DNA of 47,102 nt from a bacterium (GTDB taxonomy: Bacteria > Bacteroidota > Ignavibacteria > UBA10030). The DNA lies in NCBI GenBank assembly GCA_043803945.1, contig JAZDJN010000004.1:1-47102 (forward strand). Reading direction: 5' to 3'. The translations under genes and the position numbers were made by a program. Under the pieces are notes generated by a model. The model was given only the letters and a program-made list of their open reading frames with translations. It was not told where the DNA came from and made no database searches. Below, piece after piece: positions 9,560 through 18,900 of this stretch. The number at the start of each line of letters is the position of its first letter. Positions within the stretch are counted from its first letter, which is position 1.

Positions 9560-10381
9560 ATGGACAGCAAAATTGCAAATACAAGCCTTTTGGAATGGAT
9601 TGAAAACCTTCAATCCCGAGGTAGAAATTCGTTCAGTCTGGAAGAACTTAAAAAGGCGCCGATAAGCCAGTCTGAAACCGGCATTGAACGGTCTCTTGAT
9701 CGATTGCTAGCAAAGAAGAAAATTGTATCTATCCGTAAAGGATACTATCTCATCGTTTCACCAGAATACTCTTCAAGAGGAATTTTGCCGGCGGATCTAT
9801 TCATTGACGGCTTCATGAAATTTCTGGATCGCAAATATTACGTTGGTTTATTGAATGCAGCTGCTATTCATGGTGCAGCACATCAAAAGCCGCAGGAATA
9901 TTTTGTTGTGACCGAATTACCTGCACTGCGGCCAACGATCAAACGTGGGTTGAAGATCAATTATGTGAGTAAGAAAAACATTAATCTTAAATTTATTGAA
10001 CAGCGAAAAACAGCAATGGGCTATCTGAATATATCTTCTCCTGCGCTGACCGCAGTAGATCTTATCCAGTTCGAGCATCGCATTGGCGGATTAAACAGAG
10101 CTGCGACTATCCTTAATGAACTCGTTGACGAGATGCACATCGAGCAGTGGAGCGAAGATTTTCTGAACGATGTTCCCAATTCTTCCATTCAGCGGCTTGG
10201 CTATTTAATGGAAAATGTTTTGAGAAAAATAGAGCATGCAAACTACCTATTCAGCCTCTGTGCTCAGCTCAAAAAAAAGTTTTTCCGGCTTCCTCTGAAA
10301 TCAAAGGGAAATAAAAGGGGCTCTTCGCTGAACAACCGTTGGAAGATCGTTCCTAACATTGAAATAGAAATCGACAAGTGA
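9560..10381 (+). CDS. Type IV TA antitoxin, AbiEi family
   Basis: N-terminal wHTH (RLLAKKKIVSIRKGYYLIV), YYVGLLNAAAIHGAAHQKPQ, SSPALTAVDL; GTGA overlap with the toxin gene. Confidence 0.88.
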   Translation: MDSKIANTSLLEWIENLQSRGRNSFSLEELKKAPISQSETGIERSLDRLLAKKKIVSIRKGYYLIVSPEYSSRGILPADLFIDGFMKFLDRKYYVGLLNAAAIHGAAHQKPQEYFVVTELPALRPTIKRGLKINYVSKKNINLKFIEQRKTAMGYLNISSPALTAVDLIQFEHRIGGLNRAATILNELVDEMHIEQWSEDFLNDVPNSSIQRLGYLMENVLRKIEHANYLFSLCAQLKKKFFRLPLKSKGNKRGSSLNNRWKIVPNIEIEIDK

Positions 10382-11150
10382 TACCACAGGCATATATCCG
10401 TGAATGGAGCCAGGTCGTTCCATGGAGTAGAAACGAACAAGTCGAGCAAGATCTGGTGATCTCGCGGGTGTTAGTCGCGATCTTCGGAGATAAAATGCTC
10501 TCGAAACAACTTGCGTTCCGTGGCGGGACAGCGTTGCACAAACTTTATTTACATCCGCAGCCTCGTTATTCTGAAGACATCGATTTGGTACAGGTGATTT
10601 CTTCGCCTATTGGTGCTGTTTTGGACCGGTTGCGAGAAGTCTTGTCGTTTATTGGCAGTGCGAATGTTAATCTTGGTGGCTCATTGGCAACGATGAGATT
10701 CCGTTTCGAATCGGAGCTCGCACCTGTTCAGAAAATGAAGCTGAAAGTGGAGACGAATTGCCGGGAACACTTTACAGTTCTTGGATTGTGAGAATACCCT
10801 TCGCAGTCGATTCTCAATGGTTTAAAGGTACAACAGATATTGTTACCTATTCGCTTAATGAATTGTTGGGAACAAAACTTCGTGCGCTCTATCAACGAAG
10901 GAAAGGAAGAGACTTGTTCGATATTTACAGAGCCATGACAACCGCTGTTGTTGATCCTGCAAATGTCCTCAAATGCTATTTCGTGTATATGAATCAATCG
11001 GTAGCCCATGTACCGACACAAAAGGAGTATCAATCAAACCTTGATGCAAAAATACAAGATGAAGAGTTCCTTGGAGACACCATAGGCTTACTTCGACCCG
11101 ATGAGAAATATGATCATCAGGCAGCGTATGAATTAATCAGAAGAAGCTAA
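10378..11150 (+). pseudogene. AbiEii-family nucleotidyltransferase toxin, split by a frameshift at ~10789
   Basis: 5' ORF has EQDLVIS, FRGGTALHK, RYSEDIDL; 3' ORF has ELLGTKLRALYQRRKGRDLFD. Adding one G (TTG-TGAGA to TTG-GTG-AGA) fuses them as ...HFTVLGLVRIPFAVDSQWF. Confidence 0.88.
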
Positions 11151-11515
11151 TTAGAATAATGTAACTATGCCATCCAAACGCCTTTTGGATTTTGTCGTTT
11201 CCTCGGCCAGAGACAATCTTTGAGATCCCTTTCATCGCAACCCGCTACTTCATATTTCTGCTCGCCGGCTATTTCTATGCCTGCAATCCGATATATTATC
11301 TCCACATTACTGCCACACGTGGTATTATTAGATCCAAAAGATCATCGTGAAGAAAAAGACAATAACATCTGTGATTCAAGAAGAGATAGTCGGGAAGTAG
11401 ATCACGATTTACACCCCCCCTTGGTGGAGTATTTTCTTGGGAAACTTGATAGTTGTATATAATGAGTTTGAAAGAATAGTTGGGAATATTACGACTGACA
11501 TTAAATGTGTCAATG

Positions 11516-11544
11516 AACTACTCCGCCGCGAGTGGCGGGGAATT
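11516..11544. repeat. Isolated GC-rich hairpin resembling an IS200/IS605-type end or REP-like palindrome
   Basis: AACTACTCCGCCGCGAGTGGCGGGGAATT in AT-rich context; no transposase nearby. Confidence 0.4.
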
Positions 11545-11825
11545 ATACCCTAAGTGATTAAATTAAATAATCGACTAATGAGAAAGTGAATGTGTGTCTT
11601 CAAGACAGATATGATTTGAATGGCTTTAGGTTTAAATATCACTTTTCTATGTGTCCAGATTGCTCTATTATTTGGACACGCTGAAAAAAATATGTCCCAA
11701 CTATATCGTAGATATCCAGGATTTGATAGCTCTCGTAGTAGAGCAGAAAAAGCCTTAAAATTCTTTAAAAGAAGCATAAATAGGAAATTAATTGATAGTT
11801 GCTATAATAAACTATTATTTGTACA

Positions 11826-11863
11826 ATAAACCACATAGGTATATTATAATATTATCGGTTTAT
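11826..11863. promoter_or_regulatory. Palindromic operator candidate upstream of the second TA-like pair
   Basis: ATAAACC (11826-11832) ... GGTTTAT (11857-11863) enclosing the palindrome ATATTATAATAT (11841-11852). Confidence 0.45.
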
Positions 11864-11874
11864 CAAGGTGACCA

Positions 11875-12864
11875 ATGGAAGCGTTAAATGAGTATATACT
11901 AAAGACACTGGGCCATACCGTCCGACAAAAAGACCTGCAAAAGCAGGAATTGGATAGACTACCTTTCTATATTAAAAGTGCATTTCTGCTCCGTAAACTT
12001 ACTCTTATGGATCATGAGGTAGTGATTGCCAAAGCAGCGTCTGATATTCCGATGACGATTCAACAAATAGAAAAACAATTTCAAGTCATCTATAAAGCAC
12101 TTATAAAGCCAGTTGTTTTGGTGGTTGACGATCTTTCAGCCCTAGCAAGAAAACGGTTAATCGAAAAAGGCATCAATTTTATCGTGCCTGACAAGCAATT
12201 ATTTTTACCTGCTTTATTAATGGATCTGAAGGAAATGTTTAAGAAGCCAAAAAGACGAAAAGAATCATTACTACCTTCAGCACAAGTTATTTTGCTTTAT
12301 AGAATATTGAAGCGAGACGATAGAATTGAAGAATACACATTTAAGGAATTGGCCGTTCGTTTAAAGTACACGCCGATGGCTATCACCAAAGCAGCAGAGA
12401 ATTTACGATTTCACAACCTCTGTGAAGTCAATGGCACCAAAAAGAAATATCTGCAATTCCCAAAATCAATTCCTGATTTATGGAATGCAGCATTGCCGCT
12501 TTTGGTAACTCCTGTGCTGAAACGAACCTTTGTGGATGCATTGCCTAAAAAGACGGCATTGTTTGTTTCAAATACATCTGCATTACCCGCGTTCAGCGAT
12601 GTAAATGAAAGCAAACAAAAGTACTATGCTTTAGAAAAAACAGCGTATTACGTTCTCCATAAAGAAGGAGAATTGTTAAATGTGAACGACCATGAGGGAG
12701 CCTATTGCCTTGAGATATGGAAATATGATCCCGGTCTATTGATAGAAAGAACCACAAAAGAACAATCCGTCGACCCGTTGTCATTATATCTGAGTATGCG
12801 AGACAGCAACGATGAACGGATTGAAATGGCGCTTGATAAATTACTAAGGGACGCTATATGGTAA
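11875..12864 (+). CDS. Putative type IV TA antitoxin / HTH transcriptional regulator
   Basis: 329 aa; central HTH (TFKELAVRLKYTPMAITKAAENL), C-terminal EIWKYDP...VDPLSLYLS...DERIE; overlaps the nucleotidyltransferase gene. Confidence 0.65.
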   Translation: MEALNEYILKTLGHTVRQKDLQKQELDRLPFYIKSAFLLRKLTLMDHEVVIAKAASDIPMTIQQIEKQFQVIYKALIKPVVLVVDDLSALARKRLIEKGINFIVPDKQLFLPALLMDLKEMFKKPKRRKESLLPSAQVILLYRILKRDDRIEEYTFKELAVRLKYTPMAITKAAENLRFHNLCEVNGTKKKYLQFPKSIPDLWNAALPLLVTPVLKRTFVDALPKKTALFVSNTSALPAFSDVNESKQKYYALEKTAYYVLHKEGELLNVNDHEGAYCLEIWKYDPGLLIERTTKEQSVDPLSLYLSMRDSNDERIEMALDKLLRDAIW

Positions 12865-13628
12865 GAGGAATAGAAATATTTAGAGAATATTTCAAGAATT
12901 ATCCTGACAGTTACATCATTATCGGCGGCACTGCATGCGACATTGCTATTGAGGCAGCCGGTTTGATTCCCCGTGCTACAAAAGATATTGACATCATTGT
13001 CGTAATAGAAGCGCTTCGTCCTGATTTTGTGAAACAATTTTGGAAATTTATTGCTGACGGAAAATATGGGGAACAACAAAAAAGTGAAACAGATAGGAAA
13101 TATTATCGCTTTTTGAAACCTGCTGATCCGGATTTCCCTCAGCAGATAGAACTATTTTCTCGCAAGCCGGACGTAATTGACAGTGCCGGCATAGAACATT
13201 TAACGCCAATTCCTGTGGACGATGATCTTTCAAGTCTATCAGCAATATTGATGGATGAGAGTTATTACAATTATACTCTTGCGCACAGCATAGAAGATAA
13301 GGAATTGAAACTTGCGCAGACCGAAGCATTGATCTGCCTGAAAGTAAAAGCTTTTATTGATATGCAGGAACGAAAAGAACAAGGGAAACAGGTGAACGAT
13401 AAAACCATCAAGAAACATAAACTTGATGTGTTTCGCCTTGCATTATTGCTTGCGGCTGATACCGTCTTTGAATTGCCGCATACCCTGAAAACCGATCTGA
13501 GTGCTTTTGCCGATGCAGTTAAGAATAATTTACCGGATACATCGGTCTTTAAAGAAATGGGCGCAGCTAATATCAATGTCGATGCTTTGTTCAAGCAATT
13601 TTTGAACAACTTTTCGTTAAACAGATAA
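12858..13628 (+). CDS. AbiEii/AbiGii-like nucleotidyltransferase (putative toxin), intact
   Basis: Pol-beta-type NTase motifs IIIGGTAC ... RATKDIDI, LICLKVKAF, KHKLDV. Confidence 0.75.
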   Translation: MVRGIEIFREYFKNYPDSYIIIGGTACDIAIEAAGLIPRATKDIDIIVVIEALRPDFVKQFWKFIADGKYGEQQKSETDRKYYRFLKPADPDFPQQIELFSRKPDVIDSAGIEHLTPIPVDDDLSSLSAILMDESYYNYTLAHSIEDKELKLAQTEALICLKVKAFIDMQERKEQGKQVNDKTIKKHKLDVFRLALLLAADTVFELPHTLKTDLSAFADAVKNNLPDTSVFKEMGAANINVDALFKQFLNNFSLNR

Positions 13629-14038
13629 TCAAAAATATATAGTCTAAAAATATACTTCTAATAGAGTAGATGGAACCCCACAATGAACATCTGTCCCCTT
13701 CAAATCGAGTCGAGTGGTAATGAGACGAGGTCATGTCAAGCATAACCTGTTTCTGTCCCCTTTCGGTTGCAGTGCCTCAGTATCGTGACCATCCTCTGTT
13801 TCCATCGGTCGCTCTAATATTCCATACGAAGGCTTTTCTCCAGCAGCTACTTATCCAGTGTCACAGAGGTAATTCTGTCTTTCCCAGCCTCGCGACAATC
13901 ATACTGGCTGAGAGTGTTTTACAAACCACTTATGTTTAATGCCACTTCGCTCAAGTAAGGTTATGTTGTTCTCACTGATTTCAGCTAACAACCACTTCCT
14001 GCCGCGCTGCTGGTCACTCAAACTCAATTAAGGAGTTT

Positions 14039-15541
14039 CTAGAAGGAGACTCCGATGAGAATCTGGAACATTCTATTTTTACCAGTCGTCCGGTTTCCTT
14101 TCATTGAATTTGTTAATCCGAGCGCATACCTCCCTCCAATTTCTAAGATACCCGAAGCATAACCACCGCCTAATACCAATCCTATCTCAGGGCTATTCAC
14201 ATCATCGGCAGAAAGATCCAATGACATTTTGCTGGCATATTGAAAATCCATGAAGGTACTTTGTAACTCCGCTTCTTCCTTTCCACCTAAAAAGAAATTG
14301 AATGAAGGACCTGCATAGAGTTTGATATTTTCTAAAGGATAGAACACACCAAGTATCGGTACATCAAGATAATTAAGTGATATTGTAGATTGTGATGGAA
14401 ATCCCATTTCATTCGTCTCATATTTTGCCCCTTTCGTCGAATACATCAATTCCGCCTGCAAGGCGAACTGAGGATCGAAATGGTAATTGAAATATCCGCC
14501 TATAGAAAAACCGGTTACAGATTTTGTTTCACTCATATCACCACCGCTCATCGTCGCCACATTCACTCCCCCTAACACTCCATATCTGAATCCCTTTTCC
14601 TTAAGAAGTGGCTGTGCCCACTCCGACTGTTGAGGCATGGGTTGTTGATCAGCTAACGATTTCTGTTCAACGGCTGCTACCGGTTGATTCGGTAATTGAA
14701 CCATTGCCTTATCTTTTCTTTCAAGAATGAAATCGGCATCCTTTGAGAGTCCGGTAACCATCTGATTTACTGCATCACGCAAAGACGAAATCGCCACCTC
14801 GAACTTTCTCTGCTCTGAATTGAGGCCAGGCATTTTCTTTTCTCCAGAATAAGAAACGTTAAAATCTTGTTCCCAAATATTTTGTCTTGTTGACGTGGAG
14901 ATGAGTCGGGCATGAAGGTGGGTTTCATATTCAATGTGTCGCGAATGGAGCGATTCCAAATAGTAACCTACGGCAAGCCCCGGTCCATACCAATACCATG
15001 TATATTGCATATTGCCGCTAGTCATTGACCAATTCAGGAGCATACCGCTGGCCACTCCCAGGGGGACTGCATAAAGTATCTTTCTCCCAATATTTTGATC
15101 GTAGTAGCCATAAAAATGAGTTAAGTCACCTGTCAATATACCATCTACACCTGCTTGCTTAAGAGAATCGATTCTCAAATCAGTCAGATCTCTACTATTG
15201 AACGTTGCGAGCTTCACCGCAGGAGAGAATATTCCAGAAAAGTTCAGATGATCTACCATCATTTTTGTGATCTCAGTAGATACCTCACCCTTAAATTCTG
15301 AATCATAGGTATAATCAGAAAGATCACTTTGCCCTTGTTTGTCTCTTGCATCTTTTTGCCGCTCCACAGAGGCACGCTTATCAGCCAATGGAGCAACCTC
15401 TACCTTCAAGGGAATCGGTTTTTCTGCCACTGTGATTTCTTCCCGGTTTAAGGCATATTGAATAGAATAGCCACAGCCGCTACTGAGAAATGCCGCGAGG
15501 ATAAAAAATCCTAGAGCAAGACAACGACTTATTGAGCACAT
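14039..15541 (-). CDS. Lipoprotein domain fused to a C-terminal outer-membrane beta-barrel (porin/PorT-like)
   Basis: Start chosen at ATG 15541 after AGGAGG; lipobox LSSG-C; Q/P-rich linker; then YGVLGGVN, LQAELMYSTKG, LNYLDVPIL, YAGPS, RYALGLTN and terminal IGVSF. Confidence 0.75.
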   Translation of the reverse strand: MCSISRCLALGFFILAAFLSSGCGYSIQYALNREEITVAEKPIPLKVEVAPLADKRASVERQKDARDKQGQSDLSDYTYDSEFKGEVSTEITKMMVDHLNFSGIFSPAVKLATFNSRDLTDLRIDSLKQAGVDGILTGDLTHFYGYYDQNIGRKILYAVPLGVASGMLLNWSMTSGNMQYTWYWYGPGLAVGYYLESLHSRHIEYETHLHARLISTSTRQNIWEQDFNVSYSGEKKMPGLNSEQRKFEVAISSLRDAVNQMVTGLSKDADFILERKDKAMVQLPNQPVAAVEQKSLADQQPMPQQSEWAQPLLKEKGFRYGVLGGVNVATMSGGDMSETKSVTGFSIGGYFNYHFDPQFALQAELMYSTKGAKYETNEMGFPSQSTISLNYLDVPILGVFYPLENIKLYAGPSFNFFLGGKEEAELQSTFMDFQYASKMSLDLSADDVNSPEIGLVLGGGYASGILEIGGRYALGLTNSMKGNRTTGKNRMFQILIGVSF

Positions 15542-15937
15542 CGTACCCTCCTGTGATGAATGATGGTAGAAAAAGCATCTTACTATTTTGCTCCGAGAGA
15601 GCCACTTTTCAAATGGCTGATAATGATACTGCATACTACAAAAATCAAATCGTGTTCACCCAATCTTGCTTTTAGTGTTAGCAAATAATTCAAACCAGTT
15701 GGATAATCTTACATTGACCTTTCTCACAACACTTGCCATGTTCTTTACGAGGCGACTTCCGATCTCACGTTCGCTGCAACCCGGTACTTCACATAGTGCT
15801 GTCGTTCAGGCACCATTGTCGGGTGGCTCATTGCTCCTCATCTCTGATAGTGACCACTTCTTGCTATATGGCAGGAAGGGTTTTACCGTCATCTTAAAGT
15901 TTCATAGAACAAGTGCATCAACACCTTAGCTAAGCAC

Positions 15938-18900
15938 TCATTTGATTAAGGCAAACTTCTTTGTTGATTTAAATTCTCCAGCTACAATTGTATAGAAGTA
16001 AATTCCACTCACGAGTGCCCGATTCTGGAATTGCACCGAATAGTACCCGGCTTTCTGCTCGGAGTTGACAAGAGTCGTGACCCTTCTGCCTAACACATCA
16101 TAGATTTCAAGTGTTACTTTCGCATCTTTCGGCAATCCGTAACCTATCGTTGTCGATGGATTGAATGGGTTAGGGAAATTCTGATCCAACACAAACTCCC
16201 TAGGAATCGCTCCTACTTCCTCTTCTATACGTGCGATCCAAACACGATCCTTATTGTACTGCAATACCTTCACTTCTGATGTGTTCGTTAAACCATTGAC
16301 AAGAGTCCCAATCTTCAATGTCCGCTCTTTCCCTGACCAGGCTGTGAGCACCAACGTCTCCCCCTCTCCTACTCCTTCTTTCACTTCTTCCGTCATCTCA
16401 TCGTCACCCCAAACTGTCACCAGAGCTTTCCCATTTGTTACAACTCCACTTCCCACCAACTTCTTCTTTTGTGTCCAGACTCCAATCTCTTCCTCCTCCT
16501 TCACTCCGCTTCCTTCTATTATAAGGATTGCACTGGAGCCGGTATTGCTGTATTCCACTCGATACTTCGTTGGCTCAGGAATAGTGGAACTGTTCTCTGT
16601 AAGTACAGTCTTCGTTAAGAGAGTCGGTGGAGCCAGTGCTGCATTTGCCGGGTAGGTGAGTGTCCCTACACTAGAGAGATACATCTGGTACCCTTGTCCC
16701 GGCTTCATACTTCCGATTGTGTTGATACTGAACGCCGGCCAGTACACCTGACCCGCTCCATTCTTCGCTATCACGAGCTTGCTGCTGATTGTCGACAGTG
16801 CGGAGTCGCTGCGCATTGGACTGTTCCGCAGGTATGAGATCATGTTCCACCCCTGCGGCAGCGACATCGGGTATTGCTGCGGATTAATTTCATCGCCTGT
16901 GATCGTTACAGTATCTCTGCTGTTCATGTAGAGTTGATAACCGTGGTAGGATTTCCATTTTCCAATCGTGTTGATGGTAAAGGTTGGCCAAAAGACCTGA
17001 CCCGGACCGTTTTTCATTATAACGATTCGCGACTTTATTTTTGCATAGAGTGAATCGAGTGTGGAGTCTTTCGGTGTAACAAAACTGGAGATCATATTCC
17101 AGCCTTGAGGCAAGACAATGCTATGAGCCACATTGGTAAAACCAACGAGAGAGCTTAATGCATAGATACCGTTTGTTTGATAGTTCACTCCCGGTCCACT
17201 CTGGTATGCTACTTTGGCAAAGTATTCCTTTCCTGCGCGGCCATCCCAGATCTTGAAACAGATGAGCTCGCCTTCGTTGAATCCATCTTTCATCGTCGTC
17301 TGATCATTATCACCCCAGGCTGTGATGGCTATGTTCTGTCCCTCTTGCCAGAGGCTAGAGCCTGCACAGATCAGACTATCGTTCCTCGAGAAGAATACTC
17401 CCACGGCATCTCCCGTCCGCAGTGCATGAGTCGCTCCGATCGTGGGATTTATCGCATTTGGAATAGCTACGTTTGCGGTCTTGCCCGTGTTCGAACGAAA
17501 TGTCCAAGAACCTGGAGGCGTCGGGATTGTTACGTCTATTGATCCATTTGATGAATTTGTAGTATTCTTCCCCTCATTGAATTGAAATGTTAAGAATCTC
17601 AGGATGCTTGTTCCCGATTTTACCGCTTGTGCAGAAAGGTTAAGAAGTGTTCCGCTTCCTGCCAATGCAGCAACCCCTGCCCCGGCAACTCGGATACGCC
17701 GGGGTGAATCAAGATTGCAAAGCAACATACTGATGCCCGATGAGAGAGTGCTTGAAGACGATATTCCGGTGATTTTCACGCTCGTCGTATCGTATTCAAC
17801 ATCGAACTGATAGGACGTGATATCTTTCCCTGTCAGATCTCCCACGGTGATGGGAACTTGGATTGTATCTCCTATTTGTGAAGTGAGAGCCGGTAAGCTG
17901 ACACTGGTTGCGCTCGGCGATGGAACGTTTGTAGGGAAGTTTGTGATAAGCCCGGCAGCGAATCGTAGAGTCTGTGAAGCATCATATGCACTCAACTGAC
18001 TATTGGCGGTCACGTCGCCGACGAGGATATCTTCTAAGTTTGTTAGTACTGCGATGCTTGCCGCGTGTTGCAAGGTTAACGATGCATCAAACGCAGAGAT
18101 TGTCCCATCGTGCGAGACATCGCCAAGAGATCTTCCCGGTGATGGGATAATGGTCACCTCATTGGAGAGCCCGCTTTCATTGTTACTACTATCGACGGCG
18201 CAGACTCGGAACGAATAAGTCGTGCCTCCCGACAAGCCGATTATGATATTCAGTGTGTCGCTTCCACCTTGAGTGGAGTCGACCAGCGCCAGTGGGTTGG
18301 AACGATAGATGCGATAGCGGAAGATGCTGGGTACGGAGGATTTCTTCCACCGGAGGGCTGCCCTGTCACTGAGGGCAACAGCTTCCAGGTTTTGTGGCAC
18401 TGAAGATGAATCGTTCGTTACAGTACCACGAACCACATTGCCGCCATTAATCCCGGCAAAGATATTCGTGCCGGAGACAGCAAGAGCACGGACATAACGG
18501 TTATAACTGTCCGTCAAGCCGGTATTGACTACAGCCCAGTTGGTCCCGTTGTTGGTGGAAAGAAAGACACCGCCAGAAGTCCCGGCAAAGAGATTCGTGC
18601 CTGAGACAGCAAGAGCATGGACAATTGTGTTCGTTAAGCCGACTGCAGTCCAGCTTGTGCCGTTGTTGGTGGAAAGAAAGACGCCACCCCCAAAAGTCCC
18701 GGCAAAAATATTCGTCCCGGAGGCGCTAAGAGCATTGACGAAAGTGTTCGTCAAGCCAATGCTAGCAGCTGTCCAGCTTGTGCCGTAGTTAGCGGAAAGG
18801 AAGACACCGTCAATAGTCCCAGCAAAAATATTCATGCCGCCTGCCCCGTTGGGGGAGAACGCAAGAGCATAGACTGCAGTGTTCGTCAAGCCGGTATTAA

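Noticed and set aside
11160-11830. Short ORFs between the first two TA pairs
   Set aside because: No motifs, multiple stops in plausible frames; probably decayed DNA that I cannot assign.
13690-13940. Two TCTGTCCCCT words and a 68-aa ORF
   Set aside because: Only two short copies and no associated transposase; ORF unsupported.
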